The notes beneath the pieces are model-generated. The model was not told the origin of the DNA. It saw nothing but the letters and a program-made list of their open reading frames with translations, and did not search any database. From Escherichia coli (lineage in GTDB: Bacteria; Pseudomonadota; Gammaproteobacteria; Enterobacterales; Enterobacteriaceae), in NCBI RefSeq assembly GCF_965641715.1, contig NZ_OZ282453.1: a DNA stretch of 64,000 nucleotides; one strand, written 5' to 3'. Each line of letters starts with the position of its first letter. Position 1 is the first letter of the stretch. A program made the position numbers and the translations under genes. Shown in pieces: positions 1-9,914 of this stretch.

Positions 1-876
1 GTTCTCAAGCCCTGCCTGCCAGTTGTCGACTTTGACACCCAGTCGGCCACTCAAAGGAAAACCTGCATACGGCCAGCTCCAGCGACCATCGCTTACGGTC
101 AATTGTTGACGAGTAATTTGCCACGGCAAATCGAGCAACGGATCGCCGTTATCCCGTGCCAGCACGATCAATTGCCCGCTATTTTCCTGCCAGTCCAGCT
201 CGGCATCCACCAGTGACGGTTCCTGCGGCAAGTTTAACGTCGCAGTAGCATGCCCACTTACAGGAAGTCCATCCGGCACGAGCGGCATAGTAAATTCCCC
301 CACCAGTTTAACCGGCGGCTGATTTTCAAACGCGACGACATCCAGTTCGCTGACTGTAAGTTGTTGCCCTTTCAGCTGGCCTTGAAATTTAACTTTTTCG
401 CCCTGATAACGCAGTTGCTGGATATCAGAGGTTAATGCGAGAGAGAGTTTTCCCTGCCATTCCTGCCAGGGAGAAAAAATCAGTTTATCGATATTGATCC
501 AGGTGTTAGGCAGCATGGACTGCCACTGCGCGAGGGTTTTTGGAGCAGCTGGCGATTGCTCCGTCTGCGGCAATTTCGCCAGACAAGCAGAATCAAGTTC
601 TACCGTGCCGACGTTCAATAACCAGCGGCTGGGATGTGAAAGGCTGGCGTTGGTGATATGCGCAAGCTGACAATCTCCCACCAGATAACGGAGATCGGGA
701 ATGATTAAACCTTTACGCGTAATGCGTGGGCTTTCATCTAATGCAATACGTGTCCCGAGCGGTAGCCAGATGCCCGCCAGCGTGGGAACCCACAGCCCGA
801 GCGTCATCAGCAGCGTCAACGGCACAAGAATAATCAGTAATAACAGCGCGAGAACGGCTTTATATTTACCCAGCAT
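1..876 (-). CDS. ydbH: AsmA-family protein YdbH, 5' part; start codon at 874-876, gene runs off the window start
   Basis: Reverse-strand translation from 876 reads MLGKYKAVLALLLLII..., matching the YdbH N-terminus as I recall it; divergent from ldhA as in K-12. Not in the ORF track because it is truncated by the window edge. Confidence 0.8.
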   Translation of the reverse strand, partial: MLGKYKAVLALLLLIILVPLTLLMTLGLWVPTLAGIWLPLGTRIALDESPRITRKGLIIPDLRYLVGDCQLAHITNASLSHPSRWLLNVGTVELDSACLAKLPQTEQSPAAPKTLAQWQSMLPNTWINIDKLIFSPWQEWQGKLSLALTSDIQQLRYQGEKVKFQGQLKGQQLTVSELDVVAFENQPPVKLVGEFTMPLVPDGLPVSGHATATLNLPQEPSLVDAELDWQENSGQLIVLARDNGDPLLDLPWQITRQQLTVSDGRWSWPYAGFPLSGRLGVKVDNWQAGLEN

Positions 877-1083
877 GGGTAGTTAATATCCTGATTTAGC
901 GAAAAATTAAGCATTCAATACGGGTATTGTGGCATGTTTAACCGTTCAGTTGAAGGTTGCGCCTACACTAAGCATAGTTGTTGATGAATTTTTCAATATC
1001 GCCATAGCTTTCAATTATATTTGAAATTTTGTAAAATATTTTTAGTGGCTTAAATGTGATTCAACATCACTGGAGAAAGTCTT

Positions 1084-2073
1084 ATGAAACTCGCCGTTTA
1101 TAGCACAAAACAGTACGACAAGAAGTACCTGCAACAGGTGAACGAGTCCTTTGGCTTTGAGCTGGAATTTTTTGACTTTCTGCTGACGGAAAAAACCGCT
1201 AAAACTGCCAATGGCTGCGAAGCGGTATGTATTTTCGTAAACGATGACGGCAGCCGCCCGGTGCTGGAAGAGCTGAAAAAGCACGGCGTTAAATATATCG
1301 CCCTGCGCTGTGCCGGTTTCAATAACGTCGACCTTGACGCGGCAAAAGAACTGGGGCTGAAAGTAGTCCGTGTTCCAGCCTATGATCCAGAGGCCGTTGC
1401 TGAACACGCCATCGGTATGATGATGACGCTGAACCGCCGTATTCACCGCGCGTATCAGCGTACCCGTGACGCTAACTTCTCTCTGGAAGGTCTGACCGGC
1501 TTTACTATGTATGGCAAAACGGCAGGCGTTATCGGTACCGGTAAAATCGGTGTGGCGATGCTGCGCATTCTGAAAGGTTTTGGTATGCGTCTGCTGGCGT
1601 TCGATCCGTATCCAAGTGCAGCGGCGCTGGAACTCGGTGTGGAGTATGTCGATCTGCCAACCCTGTTCTCTGAATCTGACGTTATCTCTCTGCACTGCCC
1701 GCTGACACCGGAAAACTACCATCTGTTGAACGAAGCCGCCTTCGATCAGATGAAAAATGGCGTGATGATCGTCAATACCAGTCGCGGTGCATTGATTGAT
1801 TCTCAGGCAGCAATTGAAGCGCTGAAAAATCAGAAAATTGGTTCGTTGGGTATGGACGTGTATGAGAACGAACGCGATCTGTTCTTTGAAGATAAATCCA
1901 ACGACGTAATTCAGGATGACGTATTCCGTCGCCTGTCTGCCTGCCACAACGTGCTGTTTACCGGGCACCAGGCATTCCTGACAGCAGAAGCTCTGACCAG
2001 TATTTCTCAGACTACGCTGCAAAACTTAAGCAATCTGGAAAAAGGTGAAACCTGCCCGAACGAACTGGTTTAA
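1084..2073 (+). CDS. ldhA: D-lactate dehydrogenase (NAD-dependent fermentative)
   Basis: 329 aa ORF MKLAVYSTKQYDKKYLQQVNE... with 2-hydroxyacid dehydrogenase GxGxxG fold (GVIGTGKIG); matches LdhA. Confidence 0.97.
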   Translation: MKLAVYSTKQYDKKYLQQVNESFGFELEFFDFLLTEKTAKTANGCEAVCIFVNDDGSRPVLEELKKHGVKYIALRCAGFNNVDLDAAKELGLKVVRVPAYDPEAVAEHAIGMMMTLNRRIHRAYQRTRDANFSLEGLTGFTMYGKTAGVIGTGKIGVAMLRILKGFGMRLLAFDPYPSAAALELGVEYVDLPTLFSESDVISLHCPLTPENYHLLNEAAFDQMKNGVMIVNTSRGALIDSQAAIEALKNQKIGSLGMDVYENERDLFFEDKSNDVIQDDVFRRLSACHNVLFTGHQAFLTAEALTSISQTTLQNLSNLEKGETCPNELV

Positions 2074-2183
2074 TCTTGCCGCTCCCCTGCAATCCAGGGG
2101 AGCTGATTCAGATAATCCCCAATGACCTTTCATTCTCTATTCTTAAAATAGTCCTGAGTCAGAAACTGTAATTGAGAACCACA

Positions 2184-2606
2184 ATGAAGAAAGTAGCCGC
2201 GTTTGTTGCACTAAGCCTGCTGATGGCGGGATGTGTAAGTAATGACAAAATTGCTGTTACGCCAGAACAGCTACAGCATCATCGCTTTGTGCTGGAAAGC
2301 GTAAACGGTAAGCCCGTGACCAGCGATAAAAATCCGCCAGAAATCAGCTTTGGTGAAAAAATGATGATTTCCGGCAGCATGTGTAACCGCTTTAGCGGTG
2401 AAGGCAAACTGTCTAATGGTGAACTGACAGCCAAAGGGCTGGCAATGACCCGTATGATGTGCGCTAACCCGCAGCTTAATGAACTCGATAACACCATTAG
2501 CGAAATGCTGAAAGAAGGTGCACAAGTGGATCTGACCGCGAACCAGTTAACGCTGGCGACCGCGAAACAGACATTAACTTATAAGCTGGCGGATTTAATG
2601 AATTAA
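2184..2606 (+). CDS. hslJ: Heat-shock lipoprotein HslJ
   Basis: ORF 2172..2606; likely start at MKKVAAFVALSLLMAGC (lipoprotein signal with lipobox cysteine); matches HslJ. Confidence 0.9.
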   Translation: MKKVAAFVALSLLMAGCVSNDKIAVTPEQLQHHRFVLESVNGKPVTSDKNPPEISFGEKMMISGSMCNRFSGEGKLSNGELTAKGLAMTRMMCANPQLNELDNTISEMLKEGAQVDLTANQLTLATAKQTLTYKLADLMN

Positions 2607-2869
2607 TAGCTGCCACAGCTCCCGGCGGCAAGTGACTGTTCGCTACAGCGTTTGCCGTTGGGTAATGCACACATCCCAATCGCCGTACCATCCAGTTGAC
2701 GGGCAACAGAAAGCGAACCGCCGATCATTGCACAATTTGCTTCTCCAATACTGGACATCGACGCTTTTAAACCTGGCGCTACATGCGCCGCAGTCGCCTG
2801 CTGAACAGGTTCACTACTACACGCCGACAACAATAAAGCGGCACACCCTACCCAAAACGCTGCTCGCAT
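2603..2869 (-). CDS. ydbJ: Small lipoprotein YdbJ (DUF333)
   Basis: 88 aa ORF with signal peptide and lipobox (LLLSAC); position between hslJ and ydbK as in K-12. Confidence 0.8.
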   Translation of the reverse strand: MRAAFWVGCAALLLSACSSEPVQQATAAHVAPGLKASMSSIGEANCAMIGGSLSVARQLDGTAIGMCALPNGKRCSEQSLAAGSCGSY

Positions 2870-3142
2870 CTTTTCTTCCTCTGATCTTCAAGCCAAACGA
2901 CACCGCCATAAATAATAGGCAGCACAGAGGGCGGCGTCGAGAGCTGTCCTGCGCGTTGCCCCGCATTTTTACTTTTTTATGGCTATTTTTTTGCCCTCTG
3001 TTTGATCAAAACATTCATTACTCTGATGTGGGGGACACAAAAGCGAAAATGCAGAAGAAAGCCATTTGCTAAAATTGAAGGATTACTACTGGGCGCGCAG
3101 CAATTTCGTGCGCCCCTCATTTGCGCAATGTAAGGGTGTCAT

Positions 3143-6100
3143 ATGATTACTATTGACGGTAATGGTGCGGTTGCTTCGGTGGCGTTTCGCACCAGTGAAG
3201 TTATCGCCATCTACCCTATTACCCCCAGTTCCACGATGGCAGAACAGGCTGATGCCTGGGCCGGAAACGGCTTGAAGAACGTTTGGGGAGACACACCACG
3301 CGTGGTTGAAATGCAGTCGGAAGCGGGTGCTATCGCTACCGTGCATGGCGCTTTGCAGACGGGAGCCCTTTCAACATCGTTTACGTCATCGCAGGGTTTG
3401 CTGCTGATGATCCCGACGCTGTACAAACTGGCAGGCGAACTCACACCGTTTGTCCTGCATGTAGCGGCACGTACCGTTGCCACACATGCACTCTCTATTT
3501 TTGGCGATCATTCCGACGTCATGGCGGTGCGCCAGACGGGTTGCGCGATGTTGTGTGCGGCAAACGTCCAGGAAGCGCAAGACTTTGCTCTCATTTCGCA
3601 CATCGCGACGCTGAAAAGCCGCGTGCCATTTATTCATTTCTTTGATGGTTTCCGTACGTCCCACGAAATCAATAAAATTGTCCCGCTGGCCGATGACACG
3701 ATTCTTGATCTCATGCCGCAGGCCGAAATTGATGCTCATCGCGCCCGGGCGCTCAACCCGGAACATCCGGTGATCCGCGGTACGTCCGCCAATCCTGACA
3801 CTTATTTCCAGTCTCGCGAAGCCACCAACCCATGGTACAACGCGGTCTATGACCATGTTGAACAGGCGATGAATGATTTCTCTGCCGCGACAGGTCGTCA
3901 GTATCAGCCGTTTGAATATTACGGGCATCCGCAAGCGGAACGGGTGATTATCCTGATGGGCTCTGCCATTGGCACCTGTGAAGAAGTGGTTGATGAATTG
4001 CTAACCCGTGGCGAAAAAGTTGGCGTGCTGAAAGTTCGCCTGTACCGTCCCTTCTCCGCCAAACACTTGCTGCAAGCTCTGCCGGGATCCGTACGCAGCG
4101 TGGCGGTACTGGACAGAACCAAAGAACCCGGTGCCCAGGCAGAACCGCTCTATCTGGATGTAATGACCGCACTGGCAGAAGCCTTTAATAATGGCGAGCG
4201 CGAAACTCTGCCCCGTGTCATTGGTGGGCGCTATGGTCTTTCATCCAAAGAATTTGGCCCGGACTGTGTACTGGCGGTATTTGCCGAGCTCAACGCGGCT
4301 AAACCGAAAGCGCGCTTTACGGTTGGTATTTACGATGATGTGACCAATCTGTCACTGCCGTTGCCGGAAAACACCCTGCCAAACTCGGCGAAACTGGAAG
4401 CCTTGTTTTATGGCCTTGGTAGTGATGGCAGCGTTTCCGCGACCAAAAACAATATCAAGATTATCGGTAATTCCACGCCGTGGTACGCACAGGGCTATTT
4501 TGTTTACGACTCCAAAAAGGCGGGCGGCCTGACGGTTTCTCACCTTCGCGTGAGCGAACAGCCGATTCGTTCCGCTTATCTCATTTCCCAGGCTGATTTT
4601 GTTGGCTGCCACCAATTGCAGTTTATCGATAAATATCAGATGGCTGAGCGTTTAAAACCTGGCGGCATTTTCCTGCTCAACACGCCGTACAGCGCAGATG
4701 AAGTGTGGTCGCGCTTGCCGCAGGAAGTTCAGGCCGTGCTAAACCAGAAAAAAGCGCGCTTCTATGTGATTAACGCAGCGAAAATCGCCCGCGAATGTGG
4801 CCTGGCGGCCCGTATTAATACCGTCATGCAGATGGCTTTTTTCCATCTGACGCAAATTCTGCCTGGCGATAGCGCCCTCGCAGAATTGCAGGGTGCGATT
4901 GCCAAAAGTTACAGTAGCAAAGGCCAGGATCTGGTGGAGCGCAACTGGCAGGCTCTGGCGCTGGCGCGTGAATCCGTAGAAGAAGTTCCGTTGCAACCGG
5001 TAAATCCGCACAGCGCCAATCGACCGCCAGTGGTTTCCGATGCCGCCCCTGATTTCGTGAAAACCGTAACCGCTGCGATGCTCGCCGGGCTTGGTGATGC
5101 CCTCCCCGTTTCGGCGCTGCCGCCAGACGGCACCTGGCCGATGGGCACTACACGCTGGGAAAAACGCAATATCGCCGAAGAGATCCCCATCTGGAAAGAG
5201 GAACTCTGTACCCAATGTAACCACTGTGTTGCCGCTTGCCCACACTCAGCTATTCGCGCAAAAGTGGTACAGCCTGAAGCGATGGAAAACGCCCCTGCCA
5301 GCCTGCATTCGCTGGATGTGAAATCGCGTGATATGCGCGGGCAGAAATATGTCTTGCAGGTGGCTCCGGAAGATTGCACCGGTTGTAACCTGTGCGTCGA
5401 AGTTTGCCCGGCGAAAGACCGTCAGAATCCAGAGATTAAAGCCATCAATATGATGTCGCGCCTGGAACATGTCGAAGAAGAGAAAATCAATTACGATTTC
5501 TTCCTCAACCTGCCAGAAATCGACCGTAGCAAACTGGAACGTATTGATATTCGTACATCGCAGCTGATTACACCGCTGTTTGAATATTCAGGTGCTTGCT
5601 CCGGTTGTGGCGAGACGCCGTATATTAAATTGCTGACTCAGCTCTATGGTGACCGGATGTTGATCGCTAACGCCACCGGCTGTTCTTCAATTTATGGCGG
5701 TAACCTGCCCTCTACACCGTATACTACCGATGCCAACGGTCGTGGTCCGGCCTGGGCGAACTCTCTATTTGAAGATAATGCCGAATTTGGCCTTGGTTTC
5801 CGCCTGACGGTCGATCAACACCGTGTCCGCGTGCTGCGTCTGCTGGATCAATTTGCCGATAAAATCCCGGCGGAATTACTGACGGCGTTGAAATCAGACG
5901 CCGCGCCAGAGGTTCGTCGTGAACAGGTTGCAGCTTTACGCCAGCAACTCAATGATGTTGCCGAAGCACATGAACTGCTGCGTGACGCAGATGCACTGGT
6001 GGAAAAATCAATCTGGCTGATTGGTGGCGACGGCTGGGCTTACGATATCGGCTTTGGCGGTCTGGATCATGTATTGAGTTTGACGGAAAACGTCAACATT

Positions 6101-6667
6101 CTGGTGCTGGATACGCAATGCTATTCCAACACCGGTGGTCAGGCGTCGAAAGCGACACCGCTGGGTGCAGTAACTAAATTTGGCGAGCACGGCAAACGTA
6201 AAGCGCGTAAAGATCTTGGCGTCAGTATGATGATGTACGGTCATGTTTATGTGGCGCAGATTTCTCTCGGCGCGCAGCTCAACCAGACGGTGAAAGCGAT
6301 TCAGGAAGCGGAAGCGTATCCGGGGCCATCGCTGATCATCGCTTATAGCCCATGTGAAGAGCATGGTTACGATCTGGCACTCAGCCACGACCAGATGCGC
6401 CAACTCACAGCTACCGGCTTCTGGCCGCTATATCGCTTCGATCCGCGTCGTGCCGATGAAGGCAAACTGCCGCTGGCGCTGGATTCACGCCCGCCGTCAG
6501 AAGCACTGGAAGAAACGTTACTTCACGAGCAACGTTTCCGTCGTCTGAATTCGCAGCAGCCAGAAGTGGCAGAACAGTTATGGAAAGATGCTGCAGCTGA
6601 TTTGCAAAAACGCTATGACTTCCTGGCACAAATGGCCGGAAAAGCGGAAAAAAGCAACACCGATTAA
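3143..6667 (+). CDS. ydbK: Pyruvate:flavodoxin/ferredoxin oxidoreductase
   Basis: 1174 aa ORF with paired 4Fe-4S ferredoxin motifs (CTQCNHCVAACP, CTGCNLCVEVCP) and a TPP-binding region; matches YdbK. Confidence 0.97.
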   Translation: MITIDGNGAVASVAFRTSEVIAIYPITPSSTMAEQADAWAGNGLKNVWGDTPRVVEMQSEAGAIATVHGALQTGALSTSFTSSQGLLLMIPTLYKLAGELTPFVLHVAARTVATHALSIFGDHSDVMAVRQTGCAMLCAANVQEAQDFALISHIATLKSRVPFIHFFDGFRTSHEINKIVPLADDTILDLMPQAEIDAHRARALNPEHPVIRGTSANPDTYFQSREATNPWYNAVYDHVEQAMNDFSAATGRQYQPFEYYGHPQAERVIILMGSAIGTCEEVVDELLTRGEKVGVLKVRLYRPFSAKHLLQALPGSVRSVAVLDRTKEPGAQAEPLYLDVMTALAEAFNNGERETLPRVIGGRYGLSSKEFGPDCVLAVFAELNAAKPKARFTVGIYDDVTNLSLPLPENTLPNSAKLEALFYGLGSDGSVSATKNNIKIIGNSTPWYAQGYFVYDSKKAGGLTVSHLRVSEQPIRSAYLISQADFVGCHQLQFIDKYQMAERLKPGGIFLLNTPYSADEVWSRLPQEVQAVLNQKKARFYVINAAKIARECGLAARINTVMQMAFFHLTQILPGDSALAELQGAIAKSYSSKGQDLVERNWQALALARESVEEVPLQPVNPHSANRPPVVSDAAPDFVKTVTAAMLAGLGDALPVSALPPDGTWPMGTTRWEKRNIAEEIPIWKEELCTQCNHCVAACPHSAIRAKVVQPEAMENAPASLHSLDVKSRDMRGQKYVLQVAPEDCTGCNLCVEVCPAKDRQNPEIKAINMMSRLEHVEEEKINYDFFLNLPEIDRSKLERIDIRTSQLITPLFEYSGACSGCGETPYIKLLTQLYGDRMLIANATGCSSIYGGNLPSTPYTTDANGRGPAWANSLFEDNAEFGLGFRLTVDQHRVRVLRLLDQFADKIPAELLTALKSDAAPEVRREQVAALRQQLNDVAEAHELLRDADALVEKSIWLIGGDGWAYDIGFGGLDHVLSLTENVNILVLDTQCYSNTGGQASKATPLGAVTKFGEHGKRKARKDLGVSMMMYGHVYVAQISLGAQLNQTVKAIQEAEAYPGPSLIIAYSPCEEHGYDLALSHDQMRQLTATGFWPLYRFDPRRADEGKLPLALDSRPPSEALEETLLHEQRFRRLNSQQPEVAEQLWKDAAADLQKRYDFLAQMAGKAEKSNTD

Positions 6668-6702
6668 ATGCTCTGGATAAGGATTATCCAATTCTAAAAA
6701 AA

Positions 6703-6733
6703 AGCCCGGACGACTGTTCGGGCTTGTCTTTTT
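6703..6733 (+). terminator. Rho-independent terminator after ydbK
   Basis: Hairpin agcccgga-cgactgtt-cgggct followed by tgtcttttt. Confidence 0.7.
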
Positions 6734-7032
6734 ATATGTTGGAAAATCAGTGGCAATGCAATGGCCCAACAGAAAATAAAATCTGTGACAATAAAGGCAT
6801 ATAACCCGCGCAGAATAACTCATAGAAAATTAAAAGTATAATTTTTATTTTGTATGTATTATCTTCGATACATTCACCAGACTTATTATCATTTCAGAGG
6901 AATTATTTGATTAAGGTTTTACTTAAGGCGTAACAAATGATATTTATCGGCTAACTGAACTTCTCCTTTAGGATGTTTTCACTCCCCGAAATGGGGATAA
7001 AAGGCAAATAAAATAACTAAAGGATTTATTCA

Positions 7033-8166
7033 ATGAAAAGCAAAGTACTGGCACTTTTAATTCCTGCCCTGCTCGCCGCAGGTGCTGCACATGCAGCCGA
7101 AGTTTATAATAAAGACGGCAACAAATTAGATCTGTATGGCAAAGTTGATGGCCTGCATTATTTTTCTGATAATTCAGCGAAAGATGGCGACCAGAGCTAT
7201 GCGCGTCTGGGTTTTAAAGGCGAAACCCAAATTAACGATCAACTCACTGGCTACGGTCAATGGGAATACAATATTCAGGCAAACAACACTGAATCTTCAA
7301 AAAACCAGTCATGGACCCGTCTGGCATTTGCCGGACTGAAATTTGCAGATTACGGTTCTTTCGATTACGGACGTAATTATGGCGTAATGTACGACATCGA
7401 AGGCTGGACCGATATGCTGCCTGAATTTGGCGGTGACTCTTATACCAATGCAGACAACTTTATGACTGGTCGTGCCAATGGCGTCGCGACTTATCGTAAT
7501 ACTGATTTCTTCGGTCTGGTAAATGGTCTGAACTTCGCGGTGCAGTATCAAGGTAACAACGAAGGTGCCAGTAATGGTCAGGAAGGCACCAACAACGGAC
7601 GTGATGTTCGCCATGAAAACGGTGACGGCTGGGGTCTTTCCACAACATATGATTTAGGCATGGGCTTTAGCGCTGGTGCGGCATACACCTCTTCTGACCG
7701 CACCAATGACTAGGTTAACCATACTGCGGCGGGTGGTGATAAAGCAGACGCGTGGACTGCTGGGCTAAAATACGATGCTAACAATATTTACCTGGCAACC
7801 ATGTATTCAGAAACGCGTAATATGACCCCGTTTGGCGACAGCGATTATGCTGTTGCAAACAAAACCCAGAACTTTGAAGTCACTGCACAGTACCAGTTTG
7901 ATTTTGGTCTGCGTCCGGCAGTCTCTTTCCTGATGTCTAAAGGCCGTGACCTGCACGCTGCCGGTGGTGCAGACAACCCGGCAGGTGTTGATGATAAAGA
8001 TCTGGTTAAATACGCCGATGTTGGCGCGACTTACTATTTCAATAAAAACATGTCCACTTATGTTGACTATAAAATCAACCTGTTGGATGAAGATGACAGT
8101 TTCTACGCTGCCAACGGCATCTCTACCGATGATATTGTCGCTTTAGGTCTGGTTTATCAGTTCTAA
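7033..8166 (+). pseudogene. ompN: Outer membrane porin OmpN interrupted by an in-frame amber codon (TAG at 7711-7713)
   Basis: ORFs 7033..7713 and 7801..8166 are one reading frame; porin signal peptide [21 protein letters not shown] and C-terminal ...LGLVYQF; the frame continues ...[40 protein letters not shown]... across the stop. Confidence 0.8.
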
Positions 8167-8174
8167 ATCCTCCT

Positions 8175-8199
8175 GCCCGCTGTTATGGCGGGCTTTTTC
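8175..8199 (+). terminator. Rho-independent terminator after ompN
   Basis: Hairpin gcccgc-tgttatg-gcgggc followed by ttttt. Confidence 0.75.
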
Positions 8200-8225
8200 T
8201 GCTTATTCTTCCTCCTTTGATCTAA

Positions 8226-8741
<516 letters not shown>

Positions 8742-8748
8742 CACTAAC

Positions 8749-8773
8749 GCCCGCACATTGCTGCGGGCTTTTT
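8749..8773 (+). terminator. Rho-independent terminator after uspF
   Basis: Hairpin gcccgca-cattgc-tgcgggc followed by ttttt. Confidence 0.75.
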
Positions 8774-8916
8774 GATTCATTTCGCAAATGTGCTGACATT
8801 TTCCCCTCTAATCCGTACCATACACGCCACAGTTTTTATATCAGATTTCTTATGCTGGGCGTTCCGGCATGACGCATACTCTTCTGATGCCATATAACGA
8901 ATTGAGTCGCTTTTAA

Positions 8917-8970
8917 ATGTCGCAAAATCAAGAAATTAGCAAGAAAGAACAATACAATCTGAACAAGTAA
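8917..8970 (+). pseudogene. ttcC: ttcA 5' remnant (ttcC-like) left at the int-distal prophage junction
   Basis: Reads [17 protein letters not shown] and shares the 26-bp core aagaaagaacaatacaatctgaacaa (8941..8966) with the ttcA start at 53887..53912. Confidence 0.85.
8941..8966. repeat. att core, int-distal junction
   Basis: Exact 26-bp repeat of 53887..53912. Confidence 0.85.
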
Positions 8971-9067
8971 GGGTAAAAATCACAACTATCTGACGAACAA
9001 TGTTTTTATAATTTTTTCAACATGTTAGACAGGATGAACATCTACAATAAAGCACAATAATCTACAC

Positions 9068-9120
9068 TTTTTTTGCCCCATTTTTGCCCCTTTTACGGCC
9101 TTTTGTCCCATTTTTGCCAC
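9068..9120. repeat. Tandem TTTTTGCCCC-like decamers near the int-distal att (candidate Int arm-type sites)
   Basis: tttttgcccca tttttgcccc ttttacggcc ttttgtccca tttttgccac; related copies lie next to the other att (53819..53840). Confidence 0.5.
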
Positions 9121-9307
9121 AGTAAAAATCTATAACTAATCAATCTGTGATCTGCAATTTGCGCCCATGAATTCTTTCCAATAGAATCAGTTCCGGCTGG
9201 AATCATTAAATACCCCCACAGTCGAAAGTTCCCTAGCCAACTGCCGCCGTTCTTACATATGACGTACTGCGGCTATGTTTTTCAATCTGTAGCTGTGCTG
9301 GTGAATT

Positions 9308-9637
9308 ATGAGCAATCTGAATCCATGCATGACGTGTGGTGCCTGTTGTGCATTTTTCCGCGTCTCTTTTTACTGGGCCGAAGCCGATGATGCTGGCGGT
9401 ACTATCCCTGCAAGGCTCACAGAACAAATATCCCCTTTTCACCGATGTATGAGCGGTACCAATCAGAAAAATCCCCGCTGTGTCGCTCTGGCAGGCACTC
9501 CGGGCAAAAATGCCTGCTGCACAATATATGACAATCGTTCGTCCACATGCAGAGAATTCGCCATGTCTGGTGAGAACGGAGAAGCCAATGAGGCGTGCAA
9601 CAGAGCAAGGGCTAAATATGGGCTGGACCCGCTATAA
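9308..9637 (+). CDS. Cysteine-cluster protein (CxxCxxCC, YkgJ-like putative Zn/Fe-binding domain)
   Basis: 109 aa ORF with CMTCGACC motif and further cysteines; lies just inside the prophage boundary. Confidence 0.5.
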   Translation: MSNLNPCMTCGACCAFFRVSFYWAEADDAGGTIPARLTEQISPFHRCMSGTNQKNPRCVALAGTPGKNACCTIYDNRSSTCREFAMSGENGEANEACNRARAKYGLDPL

Positions 9638-9914
9638 ATATACGACAATTGTAAAGCCCGACTGTTGTAACAGTCGGGCTTCATTTATTACAGCTTCTCT
9701 GCTTTTTTATTCTGTGAAACCTGGTTCATCTGGCCACACAATATCCGGTGCTACTGATGTATCAACACGGTTCAGCAACACCCGATACTTTTTCCAGGTT
9801 GTTACCAGACTCACATTCGTTCATTAATATGTCCTGTGATTTGCGTGCGGTGAGGTAGCCTTTTCCCAACCTCACCATCATCCGGCAATTTGTATTTATC
9901 ACAAACGGCCTGTA

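Noticed and set aside
1042-2022. 326 aa ORF on the minus strand opposite ldhA
   Set aside because: Antisense to the well-supported ldhA frame; no RBS or family features; typical overlapping shadow ORF.
3386-3934. 182 aa minus-strand ORF inside ydbK
   Set aside because: Antisense shadow ORF inside a conserved coding region.
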